Assembly (NCBI GenBank): GCA_965217185.1
Contig: OZ244252.1
Span: forward strand, 224,001-288,000
Direction of reading: 5' to 3'
Length of the DNA: 64,000 nt
From: an uncultured Candidatus Entotheonella sp.
GTDB lineage: Bacteria > Tectomicrobia > Entotheonellia > Entotheonellales > Entotheonellaceae
The notes beneath the pieces are model-generated. The model was not told the origin of the DNA. It searched no databases and saw only the letters and a list, made by a program, of their open reading frames with translations. Positions 30,457-40,883 of this stretch are shown piece after piece. How positions within the stretch are numbered: position 1 is the stretch's first letter; each line of letters begins with the position of its first letter. Made by a program: the position numbers and the translations under genes.

Positions 30457-31158
30457 CTACCCCAAAAAATCAAGCAGCCGCCGGGCCGATTCAGGGTCGA
30501 TACGGCGGCTGGCCTCCTTGCGCGCAACCCCCTGCAACTGGTGCCAATGGGCTTGCAGAAAATGCACGGCGCGCGGCCCATCGTGCTTGCTCAACTCCCG
30601 CAGCCACCAGCCGATGGCCTTCTGGACGAACCATTCTGGATCTACGGCGTATCCGGCGGCCCACGTCAGGACGCGCTCGGGGTTGCGGCCGGGCTTCGTG
30701 TACGGCAGGGTGTAGACGAGTGCTGCCCGGCGGCGCCAAACATCGGGGTGCGTCGTCCAGTGTTCCATGTCGTCGAGGACGGCGGGGTCGTCCAGCAGGC
30801 ATTTCCAGGCTGCCGGGGCCAGGACGTCTTCCAGGGCCCAGCCGTCCACATCGTCCAACCAAGCGTCGAGGGTGTGCCAGAGCCGGGGCGAGGCGGGTAT
30901 CTCCCGGCGGCCCAGGATGCGTCCTGCGGCCATCATCAGATCGAAGGTGCCGCTGTCCCACAGTGCCTGAGCCAGTTGCAGCAGCCTCGCCGTCGTGTGC
31001 TGTTTGGCGTGGCGTTTGACCACGCCGTCGAGTTGCGGCATTTTGATACCCCAGTGCGGCCGCACCGATTTGTGGTATTGCCGGTCGCGTTCGGCGCGCG
31101 CCGGGTCCGCAAACGCCCGGACTGCCTTTATGAACTGCGGCGCGGATTCAGGACCCAT
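30457..31158 (-). CDS. DNA alkylation repair protein (AlkD-like)
   Basis: DGWALED, WRRRAALV, EWFVQKAIGWWLRELSK. Confidence 0.85.
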   Translation of the reverse strand: MGPESAPQFIKAVRAFADPARAERDRQYHKSVRPHWGIKMPQLDGVVKRHAKQHTTARLLQLAQALWDSGTFDLMMAAGRILGRREIPASPRLWHTLDAWLDDVDGWALEDVLAPAAWKCLLDDPAVLDDMEHWTTHPDVWRRRAALVYTLPYTKPGRNPERVLTWAAGYAVDPEWFVQKAIGWWLRELSKHDGPRAVHFLQAHWHQLQGVARKEASRRIDPESARRLLDFLG

Positions 31159-31211
31159 GGTCTGACGCCTCCACGTAATGCGTAACCCGAGATGATGCAA
31201 GGAGAATTGCG

Positions 31212-32696
31212 GTGTTTGAAACGGCCGAGGTAGGGCACAAAATACGGAAAGCCGAATACGAGACCCTCGTTCCCCAACTCCGGGTTGACCTGGTCAACGC
31301 GCAGTACGACCTGCGCCAGGCGGATTTTCCGGTCATCATCGTCATTGCCGGCAACGACCGGGCGGGGTGCAACGACATTCTGCGCAAGCTGCATGAGGTC
31401 ATGGACGCACGGTTCATGCAGACCAACGCGCTGGGGCTACCGACCGAAGAGGAACTCGAACGCCCGCGTTTCTGGCGCTACTGGCGCCGGCTGCCGCCGC
31501 GCGGGCGCATCGGCATCTTTCTCGGCGCCTGGGTGGGCTCCCTGATCCGGGAGCGTTTCGACAGCACCCTCGCCCCGGTGCAGGTGCGGCAGCAGGTCGA
31601 CCACATCCGGCGTTTTGAAGAACACTTGGTCAACGACGGCGCCCTGCTGCTGAAGTTCTGGCTGCACCTGCCGAAACAGGAACTCAAGAAGCGTCTGAAG
31701 CAGGCCAGGAAACACCCTGAGCGGGGCTGGCAGGTCGATACCGAGGACTGGGAAGTCTACAGCCGCTACGACAAGGTACTGCCCATCGCCGAGCAGGTGG
31801 TGCGCGAGACGAGCACCGGCGAGGCCCCCTGGCACGTCGTGGAAAGTACCGATCCGCATTACCGCAATTTACACATCACCCGCACCATCCTGGAAAGCCT
31901 GACCCGGCGGCTGACGCAGCCGCAGGCCGTGGTTTCGCCGTCCGGCAATGGGCAGGTTGTCAATACGATTACCGAAGATGATCCGACCATTCTCGACACG
32001 GTCGATCTCAGCAGGAAGCTGCCGCGTGCCGAATACCGCGCGCAACTGCGTACCTATCAGGCGCAGTTAAACCGCCTGACGCGCCAGGCGCGCGAAGTTG
32101 GCCTCACCAGCGTCCTGGTGTTCGAGGGCTGGGACGCCGCCGGCAAGGGCGGGGTGATCCGGCGCCTGATTACCGCCATGGACCCGGTGAATTTTCAGAT
32201 CGTGGCCATCGCCGCGCCCACCGAGGAGGAAAAGGCGCACCATTACCTGTGGCGTTTCTGGCGCCATCTGCCGCGTGCCGGCCGGGTGCTTATCTTCGAC
32301 CGCAGTTGGTATGGGCGTATCCTGGTGGAACGCATTGAGGGCTTCGCCAGTGAGCCCGAGTGGCGGCGCGCCTACAGCGAGATCAATGCCTTCGAGGAGC
32401 AGTTGAGCGAGCACGGCATCCTGCTGCTGAAGTTCTGGCTGCATATCGACGCGGACGAGCAAATGCGCCGTTTTCAGGCCCGCCTGGAAACCCCGTACAA
32501 GAAGTTCAAAATGACCGAAGAGGACTACCGCAACCGCGAGAAGTGGCGAGACTACGAACTGGCCCTGCACGAGATGGTGCAGCGCACCAGCACCGAGTAC
32601 GCCCCCTGGCACTTGGTGGCCGCCAATAACAAGCCGTGGGCACGAGTCGAGGTGCTGAAGATGCATTGCCGCCAGTTGAAGCGCCGGCTGGGGTAG
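31212..32696 (+). CDS. pap: Polyphosphate:AMP phosphotransferase (two-domain PPK2)
   Basis: MFETAEVG start. Degenerate N-terminal Walker A (GNDRAGC) and intact C-terminal EGWDAAGKG, FDRSWYGR, KFWLHI. Confidence 0.92.
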   Translation: MFETAEVGHKIRKAEYETLVPQLRVDLVNAQYDLRQADFPVIIVIAGNDRAGCNDILRKLHEVMDARFMQTNALGLPTEEELERPRFWRYWRRLPPRGRIGIFLGAWVGSLIRERFDSTLAPVQVRQQVDHIRRFEEHLVNDGALLLKFWLHLPKQELKKRLKQARKHPERGWQVDTEDWEVYSRYDKVLPIAEQVVRETSTGEAPWHVVESTDPHYRNLHITRTILESLTRRLTQPQAVVSPSGNGQVVNTITEDDPTILDTVDLSRKLPRAEYRAQLRTYQAQLNRLTRQAREVGLTSVLVFEGWDAAGKGGVIRRLITAMDPVNFQIVAIAAPTEEEKAHHYLWRFWRHLPRAGRVLIFDRSWYGRILVERIEGFASEPEWRRAYSEINAFEEQLSEHGILLLKFWLHIDADEQMRRFQARLETPYKKFKMTEEDYRNREKWRDYELALHEMVQRTSTEYAPWHLVAANNKPWARVEVLKMHCRQLKRRLG

Positions 32697-32788
32697 CCGG
32701 AAGCCCGCTTTGACCCATGACTTCTATCCGGGACCTGTGAGACGATGACGTTTATCGTGCGTACGACAGCCACACTGGTTGCGATAAG

Positions 32789-33781
32789 ATGAAGAACAAT
32801 CCCCTACCAAGGCTTGATACCTCACCAAGCATTCGTGATGAGCTGCTTCCCTATTGTCGGCTCCAATTCGGCGAAGTTTGGACCGACGGTATCCGCGGTC
32901 ACCGTGTCGGGTGCCTTGATGCCGCCGATAGGAGGGCCATAAAGGACATCATGGCCGGTGAGCGGGCGCAACTGGCAATACACGACCCGCCGTACAATCT
33001 GGCCGCCTTTGAGCAGCGGTCCATAGCGGCGTTTATCGACTGGTGTCGAAAATGGGTATCCTACACGGATGCCGTGTTGACTCCCGATTCGTCCCTCTAC
33101 GTCTGGCTTGGCGCGGACCAGAACGACGGCTTCCAGCCGTTGCCGGATTTCATGCTCATGATGCGCGATCAACCGTTTCGTCCGCGAAGTTTTATTACCA
33201 TGAGGAACCAGCGCGGATATGGTACGCAAAAGAACTGGATGGCGGTTCGACAGGAACTGCTCTACTACACAAAGGGAAATCCACAATTCAATGTGGACGC
33301 GGAATACACGGACATCCCGAAAATCCTTCGCGGATACTACAAAGACGTAAACGGGAAGAAGACGGAAAATCTTGAACGGAGCCGTTCTGATACGATTCGG
33401 GCAGGGAACGTCTGGGTTGACATTCAGCAGGTTTTTTATCGGATGGAAGAGAACATTTCCGGCTGCTACGCTCAAAAACCCATAAAGTGCATTGATCGCA
33501 TTATTCGGGCAAGCTCGGCTCCCAATGATTTGGTGATCGACTTTTTTGCACACTCCGGAACGACCTTGCTCGCGTCCGAGATTCTCAACCGAAGGTGCTT
33601 CACGGTTGACATCGACCCGATCTATGCCGAGATTACGATTCGCCGCCTTGAACGATTTCGCGCGTCTGGGCAACTCGGATGGCAAAATGGGCATCCTTTC
33701 GAGGCCGATGTTCCGAAACCGAATATCGGGCCTGCCGCTTCTCTCACGCCCACAACGCCTGTCCAAAGGACGTTGTTCTAA
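32789..33781 (+). CDS. Site-specific DNA amino-methyltransferase (beta class)
   Basis: Motif IV DPPY precedes motif I DFFAHSGTT; QKP motif. Confidence 0.9.
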   Translation: MKNNPLPRLDTSPSIRDELLPYCRLQFGEVWTDGIRGHRVGCLDAADRRAIKDIMAGERAQLAIHDPPYNLAAFEQRSIAAFIDWCRKWVSYTDAVLTPDSSLYVWLGADQNDGFQPLPDFMLMMRDQPFRPRSFITMRNQRGYGTQKNWMAVRQELLYYTKGNPQFNVDAEYTDIPKILRGYYKDVNGKKTENLERSRSDTIRAGNVWVDIQQVFYRMEENISGCYAQKPIKCIDRIIRASSAPNDLVIDFFAHSGTTLLASEILNRRCFTVDIDPIYAEITIRRLERFRASGQLGWQNGHPFEADVPKPNIGPAASLTPTTPVQRTLF

Positions 33782-33790
33782 CAGGACTCC

Positions 33791-34516
33791 ATGCAACATC
33801 TTCAGGAAGAACTGGACGCGCTGCTGGCGCAGTTACCCAACAGGGAAGAATTTCAAGACCGGCTGGATTCGCTCGTCTCGGTTTATCCCTTCAACGAATA
33901 TGAGTACGTTATTTCGACGCTGCTTGCGATGGATGTCCTCACGCTGGACGGTTATCACGAACTCCGTGACAGTTACATGAACAGGAATCAGTACCTTCAT
34001 CTGTTTGCAAGAGCGCCTCGTTCTTTTGGCGGAACGTGGGCGGAGGGCCACTTGAAGGGGTTGGTGCCGGGCGTGCAAAAGCCATCAGATGCAATTGATC
34101 CAGACTACTCAGGGCAGTACGACCTCTATATGGAGGGGATTCGTATTGAGGTCAAAGCCTCGCGTGCAGTTGACAGAGATAGCAGAGAGTCGCTTAACGT
34201 CAAGGCTCTTACCTCGGATTCAACGAAGCGATTCTTGATGAATTTTCAACAGGTGAAGCCGAGTTGCTGTGATGTGTTCGTGTGGATTGCAGTGTGGCGC
34301 GACGTTATCCGGTACTGGGTTCTGTCCTCATACGAAGTTGAAATGAACCCTCACTATTCCAAACGCCAGCATCGTTACAGCGTCGGCGAGGGACAGCTTC
34401 ACGTGAGGCAGGACAACATCCAGAATTTTGCAGCCTACGAAGTGAAGTCCAACAAGCTCGAAGAAGCGATTCGTACAGCATATGACCGGCAAATTAGAGC
34501 AATAAGTGCGTCGTAG
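33791..34516 (+). CDS. Putative type II restriction endonuclease
   Basis: YDLY...IEVKAS PD-(D/E)xK pattern, NFQQVKP..CDVF. Directly follows the MTase; lower GC. Confidence 0.7.
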   Translation: MQHLQEELDALLAQLPNREEFQDRLDSLVSVYPFNEYEYVISTLLAMDVLTLDGYHELRDSYMNRNQYLHLFARAPRSFGGTWAEGHLKGLVPGVQKPSDAIDPDYSGQYDLYMEGIRIEVKASRAVDRDSRESLNVKALTSDSTKRFLMNFQQVKPSCCDVFVWIAVWRDVIRYWVLSSYEVEMNPHYSKRQHRYSVGEGQLHVRQDNIQNFAAYEVKSNKLEEAIRTAYDRQIRAISAS

Positions 34517-34571
34517 GAGTCTGGGGGATCAAAACAATGGGGGAGTTGTCGTAGGATGCCCCAAAGCCGCC

Positions 34572-35783
34572 CTAGAAAAACCGCGACAGCCGAAGCTGCA
34601 CGTAGTCGTCTCGGCGGACGCTGGAGAGCAGAGCCGTTGATGGAACGTCGAAAAAGGCCACGGCTTCCAACTCGATGGTCCAGCGGTCGCCGAGACGGCG
34701 GCTGGCCTCGATGGTGACGAGTGTCGCGCCGGTTTGGTCGTCGACGATGGCACCGGCGAGAATGCTGGTGCTGCCGACGTCGTTGAAGGCGAGGCGGCCG
34801 CCGACAAACACGTCGTTCTCAAACGGCGTGCCGGGGGCCGCGGTGCTGCGGCCGTCGTAGAGGTATTCAGCCACCAAGCCGAGGTCGAGTGCCGTGCCAA
34901 ACAGGCTGAAGAAGCTGTACTCAAACCCGGCGACGACGGCGCTGAAGTGTTCGCCGTGGCCCCAGCGGCTGATGGCTTCGAGCTTCCAGAGCCACGCCTC
35001 GACCGTCCATTGCAACTCGAGGCCGGCTTGGTCGATCTGGTCATAGACGGGGATCAAGCGGGGCTCGCTGTCGTTACGAATGTCCGGGGTGAAACGCGGC
35101 TCCCGGCTGGTACCCCTGAAATACCCGACGGCGACGTCCCAGTCGCCCAACGCGTGGGTCCAGCGTGCCGCGACATCGGGATGCCATTCCTTCAGTGACG
35201 ACTCGAACTGCGCGTTGTCCGTATCCACCACAAATTCCGCACGCAGCCGACCTTTTTCACCGGGGAAGGTGCTCTCGCGGAAATAGGGCAGGGCAAAGAA
35301 CGTCAGCGTACCCCAGTCCTGCGCCAAAGCCAGCCGCAGCATGGGTTGCCCCAGCTTGTCCTCACCGTCCAAATCCTCCACGCGGTCCGTCTGGTTGATG
35401 ATGTCCACCAGATGCCGTGCTTCCGTCACGCCCCAGAACACCTTGCCGACGCCAACCAGCAGGTCCCAGGTCGGGGCGGCGTGCAGCCAGTTGAATTCAC
35501 GCAGGTCGAAGTGCCGGCGCCGGTCGTCGCTGAAATCCAGGCGCGCCATCGTCACCACGGTCAGGCGGTCGTTGCCGTTCGGCCAGTCGTAGTAAAACTC
35601 GGGTTGGAGCAGGAGGGAAGGCAGTACCTGACGCGATTCTTGTTGCGGAAAGATCGGTTCCTGCGGGAAGCCCTGGACGTCCAGGGCCACGAAACCCGAC
35701 AAGGACGGCTGGGCTACCGCCACCGTCGCCATGACCAGAACCAGCCAGGCGGCGCCCAGCCATCGCAGGCCCATAGGGGTCAC
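34572..35783 (-). CDS. Putative outer-membrane beta-barrel protein
   Basis: Signal peptide, alternating beta pattern, FWGVTEARHLVDIINQTD, terminal Phe. Confidence 0.7.
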   Translation of the reverse strand: MTPMGLRWLGAAWLVLVMATVAVAQPSLSGFVALDVQGFPQEPIFPQQESRQVLPSLLLQPEFYYDWPNGNDRLTVVTMARLDFSDDRRRHFDLREFNWLHAAPTWDLLVGVGKVFWGVTEARHLVDIINQTDRVEDLDGEDKLGQPMLRLALAQDWGTLTFFALPYFRESTFPGEKGRLRAEFVVDTDNAQFESSLKEWHPDVAARWTHALGDWDVAVGYFRGTSREPRFTPDIRNDSEPRLIPVYDQIDQAGLELQWTVEAWLWKLEAISRWGHGEHFSAVVAGFEYSFFSLFGTALDLGLVAEYLYDGRSTAAPGTPFENDVFVGGRLAFNDVGSTSILAGAIVDDQTGATLVTIEASRRLGDRWTIELEAVAFFDVPSTALLSSVRRDDYVQLRLSRFF

Positions 35784-36628
35784 CGCGACCGTTTGAGGGC
35801 ATTACGCGTGAAGTCCGCCTCGGTGAGCCCGATGCGGAAACGGAGGTCGGTGTAGCTGAGTCGGGTGCTCTTGCCGGTCTGGTGGTTGTGCATATCCAGA
35901 ATCAAGGCGCGCCAGTACTGGTCGAGGTACTGACGGTAGTCGGAGAACGTCAGGGTTTTCAGGAGGTCGTTCTTGCGATCGTAGAAATCGACCTTCCAGA
36001 AGCGGTACTCGTCGTGGTCGATCCAGGTGAGCTGCCGGGTGTAGCCGGAGTCCTTGTACACCGGCACCCGTTCAATCACAAAGCATTGCAGCCCTTCGCC
36101 ACAGGGCTCGTCGCGCAGATACCGATGCGTGTATTTGGCCACCTCCTGCGACGCCAGGTCTTCGTAGGCGAACTCGCTGCCGAGAAACGGCCCGGACTTG
36201 TTGGCCGAGGAGATGCGCTTGACGCGTTTGAGTGCCGGCAGGTACAGCCATTGGTCGTCCGGTTCGCCGATGTGGGTGTATGTGAGCAGAGCGGTGCCGC
36301 GCACGTCGGGCGGGCTCTCGATGACGCTCAGGACTTTGTCGCCGTCGCCTTCGTCCGCCACTTCCAGGGTATTGAGGCGCAACTTGCGGGTGCTCGTTTG
36401 GCCGTTGGCGTTTTTCAGGATCATCTCCAACACCGCCACGGAATCGCCAAAACCGAGGTCTCGCCGGTCCGCTTCTTGGGAAATCTCCAGGCCCTTTTGC
36501 TCCTCCGGGCTCTGCGCCGCAGCGGCAATTGGCAAGAGGGCAATGAGCAGCAGACATGCCCAGGGCAGCAGGCGTCCTCTACGGCGCCGGTTGATGGGTT
36601 GCGTTTGATTGGCGTTGCGTTCAGGCAT
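35780..36628 (-). CDS. LolA-like outer membrane lipoprotein-sorting protein
   Basis: PPDVRGTALL, DQWLYLPALKRVKRISS, FLGSEFAYEDL. Confidence 0.85.
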   Translation of the reverse strand: MPERNANQTQPINRRRRGRLLPWACLLLIALLPIAAAAQSPEEQKGLEISQEADRRDLGFGDSVAVLEMILKNANGQTSTRKLRLNTLEVADEGDGDKVLSVIESPPDVRGTALLTYTHIGEPDDQWLYLPALKRVKRISSANKSGPFLGSEFAYEDLASQEVAKYTHRYLRDEPCGEGLQCFVIERVPVYKDSGYTRQLTWIDHDEYRFWKVDFYDRKNDLLKTLTFSDYRQYLDQYWRALILDMHNHQTGKSTRLSYTDLRFRIGLTEADFTRNALKRSR

Positions 36629-38969
36629 GGGACGTATCCTCCACTGGGGTCACTAGAGAGCGGCTTTTGGTATCGACGGTCATCAGCAGGGCCGGCAGGG
36701 CCGTCAGATCGGCGATCAGGGCAAAGGCGATGGTTATGGCCGTCATCCTGCCCATGCTGCCGTTCAGGTCGAACGACGACAGCGACAGGATCGAAAATCC
36801 GATCACCAGGATGATCGAGGTGACGATCAGCGCCCTGCCCACCGAGGCGAAGGCGTAGCGCACGGCGTCCTCGGCGTTCAGGCCCTGCTCGCGGCGGGCG
36901 CGCAGGTACTTGCTCAGGAAGTGAACGGTGTCGTCAACCACGATGCCCAGGGTCATGGTGATGACGATCGACAGGCCCAGATTCACCTGCCCCACGAAGA
37001 TGCCCCAGACGCCGAACGCCAGAACCGCCGGCGCGAGGTTGGGCAGCAGGCTGATGAAGCCGATCTTGAGACTTCGCAGCGCCACGATGAGCACGCCGGA
37101 GATGAGAATCAGGGCCAGTGTCGTGCCGCGCAGCATGCTGTCGATGTTGCGCTTTGAGATGTGCGAAAACATGATGGCGCCGCTCGCCGCGTGCCCGAAC
37201 ATCGCTTCCGGGGCGTTGGCGCGCAGCCAATCCTCGGCGCGCTCCGCCAAGCCGCGGATTTCCCGCGACGAGACGTTGGCGAGCGTGGCGGTCAGGCGCG
37301 TCGCCGATTTGTCGAGGTTGACCTGGTTGTTCAGGTCCAGGCCGTAGGGCAGGGACAACTCGTACAGCAGCAAGTATTGGGCGGCGAGTTGGCGGTTGTC
37401 GGGCAGGTGGTACCATTCCTGATCGTCGCCGTGCATGCTCTTGTTGAGGCGCTTCATGGTGTCGCTGATGACGTTGACGTGCGTCACCTCGGGCTGTGCG
37501 CGGTACCAGTTGGCGAACTCTTCGAGCTTAACCATGTAAGCCGGATCGCTGATGCCGTTGGCCGAGTCGCTGCCGACGGAGTGCTCGCTCTGGTACATGC
37601 CGCCGAGGTTTTCCATTACGAAATCGGTATGTGTGCGGAAGGGAACGCGCTCGTCGAAGTAGTTGACGAAGCGGTCGTTGAGCTCATTGAGGGGGATGCA
37701 CAGCCCCAGCCCCAGCAGCACCGGGATGGAGCCGTACAACAGCAGCCGGCGGCGGCTGACGACGGTCTCGGCCAGCCATTCGACGCCGAACCTGCCGCTG
37801 CTCGTGCGCTGCCTGGCGCGCACCGGCAGCACGCTCATCACCGCGGGCAGGAACAGCACCGACAGGACGAAGGCGATGCCCACACCGGTGGCCGTGATGT
37901 TGCCCAGGTGGCGAAACGGCGGCGCGTCGCTGAAGTTCATGCTGAGAAAGCCGATGGCGGTTGTCAGGCTGGTCAGGAAAACCGGTTGCATGTTGATGCG
38001 CAGGCTCTCGACGATGGCCTCGCGTTTGTCCCGGCCCTGACGCATTTCATGCAGCATGGTGACCAGCAAGTGAATGCTGTCCGCCACCGCCAGCGTCATG
38101 ATCATGGTGGCGGCCTGCGCCGAGGGAGGCGTCAGACCCGTGCCCATCCAGCCCGTCAGCCCCATCGCCGAGGCTGCCGAAAATCCCACCACGAGCAAGG
38201 TGCCAAGGGTGCTGGTCAGCGAGCGCAGCAGCCAGAACATGATCACGAACATGGCCAGGTACATGAGCGGCACCAGCGTCTGTATGTCCTTGATGCCCGC
38301 TTCGGAGAAGGAGTTGTTGAGCATCGAGAGGCCGGTGAGGTAGACGTCGATGTCGGGATACGCGGCGCGGATTTCATCGGCCAGCCGCCGGGCGTGGGCG
38401 GTCACGTCCGGCACCTCGGTCATACTTTTTTCGGCAAAGTGCAGCGTGACGTTGATGCCGGTCACGTGTGCGGATGGCGAAATGAGGCGGTTGATCAGAA
38501 GCGGCTCGTTCAGGGCGACCTCCCTGGCCTCCTGCAAGACCTCGGGCGGCTGCGTCATGGCGTTGGAAACCAGGTCAGCCACGAACAGATCGTCGCCTTC
38601 GGCGCGGGTGTGCTGGAAGTTGGTGACCGAGTCGACGCGTATGGCAAAGGGGATTTGCCACGCCTTTTCCGTCAACTGCTCCACTGCGGTGAGCACCGGG
38701 GCAGTAAAAACCTCGCCGCCGGCGGGTGCCAGGACGAACAGGACGTTGTCGTTTTTGCCATAAACATTTTGCAATTCGTCGAAGGACCTAAGCTGCGGGT
38801 TGTCCTCGCTGAAGAAAACGCGATAATCGGTGTCGAACCACAGGAAGCGCCCGCCACTGGCGGAGACGGCCACCAGCAGCACAACGACCAATAAAATGGG
38901 CCAGCGCCAGCGGACCACCCCCCAGCCATAGGTTTGTACCGCGCTGTCGAAGGTGCCGTTTTTCGGCAT
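36621..38969 (-). CDS. MMPL/RND family transporter
   Basis: Two TM bundles with LAVADSIH, TSLTTAIGF and GIVVDDTVH motifs. Confidence 0.9.
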   Translation of the reverse strand: MPKNGTFDSAVQTYGWGVVRWRWPILLVVVLLVAVSASGGRFLWFDTDYRVFFSEDNPQLRSFDELQNVYGKNDNVLFVLAPAGGEVFTAPVLTAVEQLTEKAWQIPFAIRVDSVTNFQHTRAEGDDLFVADLVSNAMTQPPEVLQEAREVALNEPLLINRLISPSAHVTGINVTLHFAEKSMTEVPDVTAHARRLADEIRAAYPDIDVYLTGLSMLNNSFSEAGIKDIQTLVPLMYLAMFVIMFWLLRSLTSTLGTLLVVGFSAASAMGLTGWMGTGLTPPSAQAATMIMTLAVADSIHLLVTMLHEMRQGRDKREAIVESLRINMQPVFLTSLTTAIGFLSMNFSDAPPFRHLGNITATGVGIAFVLSVLFLPAVMSVLPVRARQRTSSGRFGVEWLAETVVSRRRLLLYGSIPVLLGLGLCIPLNELNDRFVNYFDERVPFRTHTDFVMENLGGMYQSEHSVGSDSANGISDPAYMVKLEEFANWYRAQPEVTHVNVISDTMKRLNKSMHGDDQEWYHLPDNRQLAAQYLLLYELSLPYGLDLNNQVNLDKSATRLTATLANVSSREIRGLAERAEDWLRANAPEAMFGHAASGAIMFSHISKRNIDSMLRGTTLALILISGVLIVALRSLKIGFISLLPNLAPAVLAFGVWGIFVGQVNLGLSIVITMTLGIVVDDTVHFLSKYLRARREQGLNAEDAVRYAFASVGRALIVTSIILVIGFSILSLSSFDLNGSMGRMTAITIAFALIADLTALPALLMTVDTKSRSLVTPVEDTSHA

Positions 38970-39097
38970 GGCGTGAGCCTCCCGTAGTCATGAAATTAGT
39001 ATGCGGTCAGTCCGGCGGGGGATGATACACGATTACCCGGTGCCGCACCATTGCCTGCCGACGGCAAAGTAGCCTTTTCAAGCCATAAGGAATCCAC

Positions 39098-39994
39098 ATG
39101 CAACGTTCACGACACGCACCCGAAGAGTTGTCCGTTCTATTGGCCTATGCACATCCGGACGACGAAGGCTTTGGAACCGGCGGCATTCTGGCGCTGCTGA
39201 CGAGCAGGGGCGCGCGGCTCACCCTGGTCTGTGCCACCAACGGCGACGTCGGCGAGATCAGCGACCCTGTCCTCGCTACCCCGGACACGCTCGGCCAGGT
39301 GCGCCAGGAGGAATTGCGGCAGGCGATGGCCGTGACCGGCGTGCAGGACGTGCGGTTCCTGAACTACCGCGACTCCGGCATGATCGGCACGGACGACAAC
39401 CAACACGCCAACGCCCTCATGCAAGCGCCGCCCGACGAGGTCATCGGCCGGCTGGTGGACGTGATGCGCGAAACCCGCCCGCAGATCGTCATCACCCACG
39501 ATCCGACCGGCGGCTATGGTCACCCGGACCACGTCACCATGTGCCGGCACGTCACCGCCGCCTTTCGGTTGGCTGCTGACGCGGACGCCTACCCGGAGCA
39601 GCTTGCGCCGGGCCGCCAGCCGTGGCATCCGGAGTTGCTTTACTACGTCTGCTTTCCGCGCAGTTTCTTCCGCCGCATGTGGCAATACCTGCGCGAGGCG
39701 GGCATCCGGCCACCATTCGCCAGCGAGGAGGTGGAAGCCCTCGGCACCCCGGACGACGAGGTGACGACGGTCGTCGACGTCGAGCCTTATCTGGCCACCA
39801 AAATCGCCTCGCTGAACTGTCATCGTACCCAGATCGATCCGCAAGGCCCCTTCCACAAATTGCCCACCCATAGGCTGCATGATATGATGCGCAACGAGTA
39901 TTTCACGCTGGCTCTGCCGAATGACGCAGGGGCTGACGCTGACCTGCTGGGCAGGCTGGCGCCCGTCGCGTCCCGCCAACCGGGGCTGTCTTGA
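39098..39994 (+). CDS. PIG-L family deacetylase (MshB/Mca-like)
   Basis: AHPDDE, ATNGDVGE, YRDSGM, GGYGHPDH. Confidence 0.9.
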   Translation: MQRSRHAPEELSVLLAYAHPDDEGFGTGGILALLTSRGARLTLVCATNGDVGEISDPVLATPDTLGQVRQEELRQAMAVTGVQDVRFLNYRDSGMIGTDDNQHANALMQAPPDEVIGRLVDVMRETRPQIVITHDPTGGYGHPDHVTMCRHVTAAFRLAADADAYPEQLAPGRQPWHPELLYYVCFPRSFFRRMWQYLREAGIRPPFASEEVEALGTPDDEVTTVVDVEPYLATKIASLNCHRTQIDPQGPFHKLPTHRLHDMMRNEYFTLALPNDAGADADLLGRLAPVASRQPGLS

Positions 39995-40079
39995 CGCCGT
40001 TCGCGTCGGCTGGTTTACTCTGCAATACGTTCTTCCCTTCTGTTCGACGAATTCAGCGAAAATCCTGGAGCGCGGTACC

Positions 40080-40883
40080 ATGGCACAAGCCGAGTTGACC
40101 CTGAAGCAACACGGGTTCGGGCAAACGAGACGCCGGGACCTGTGGTGGCTGCAGCCGCTGGCGGTCTTCACCGGACTGTCTATCTTTGTGATCTATTCGA
40201 CCTGGGCGGCTTTTCAAGGCCAGAACTACGCCTTCGGGCCGTATCTGTCGCCCATGTATTCGCCGGAGCTTCTCGGCGAGTCCTCGCATAGCTGGTTCGG
40301 CCCCAAGCCGTCCTGGTGGCCCGCGGCGATGCCGTGGTCGCCGGCCTTCCTGATCCTGTGGGCGCCCCTCGGCTTTCGCCTCACCTGCTATTACTACCGC
40401 GGCGCCTATTACAAATCGTTCTGGGCCGATCCGCCGGCCTGCGCCGTGGCCGAACCCCGCCACAGCTACCTGGGCGAGAATTCCTTCCCGCTGATCCTGC
40501 ACAACATCCACCGCTATTTTCTCTACGTGGCGCTGCTCTTCCCGATTTTCCTCGCCTACGACGTATGGAACGCCCTGTGGTTCACGGACGAGGCGACGGG
40601 GGCTACGTCCTTCGGCCTCGGCGTCGGCACCCTGGTGCTGGCGGTCAACGTGGTGCTCCTCAGCGGCTACGCGCTGGGTTGCCATTCGCTGCGCCACCTG
40701 GTCGGCGGCATTCGGGATCGCCTGTCGGCGTCCCCGGCGCGGCTGAAGGCATACAACTGCGTCAGTTGCCTGAATCGCAAGCACATGCTGTGGGCCTGGA
40801 CGAGCCTGGTTTGGGTCGGCTTTTCGGACCTCTACGTACGCCTGTGTGCCATGGGGATTTGGACTGACTTAAGGATTTTGTAA
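40080..40883 (+). CDS. Membrane subunit of actinobacterial Sdh1-type succinate dehydrogenase
   Basis: YLSPMYSP, GFRLTCYYYRGAYY, HRYF, GCHSLRH. First gene of the sdh operon. Confidence 0.82.
   Translation: MAQAELTLKQHGFGQTRRRDLWWLQPLAVFTGLSIFVIYSTWAAFQGQNYAFGPYLSPMYSPELLGESSHSWFGPKPSWWPAAMPWSPAFLILWAPLGFRLTCYYYRGAYYKSFWADPPACAVAEPRHSYLGENSFPLILHNIHRYFLYVALLFPIFLAYDVWNALWFTDEATGATSFGLGVGTLVLAVNVVLLSGYALGCHSLRHLVGGIRDRLSASPARLKAYNCVSCLNRKHMLWAWTSLVWVGFSDLYVRLCAMGIWTDLRIL

Noticed and set aside
31212..31900. Degenerate Walker A in the first PPK2 domain as a novelty
   Set aside because: An inactive N-terminal domain is already known for two-domain polyphosphate:AMP phosphotransferases.
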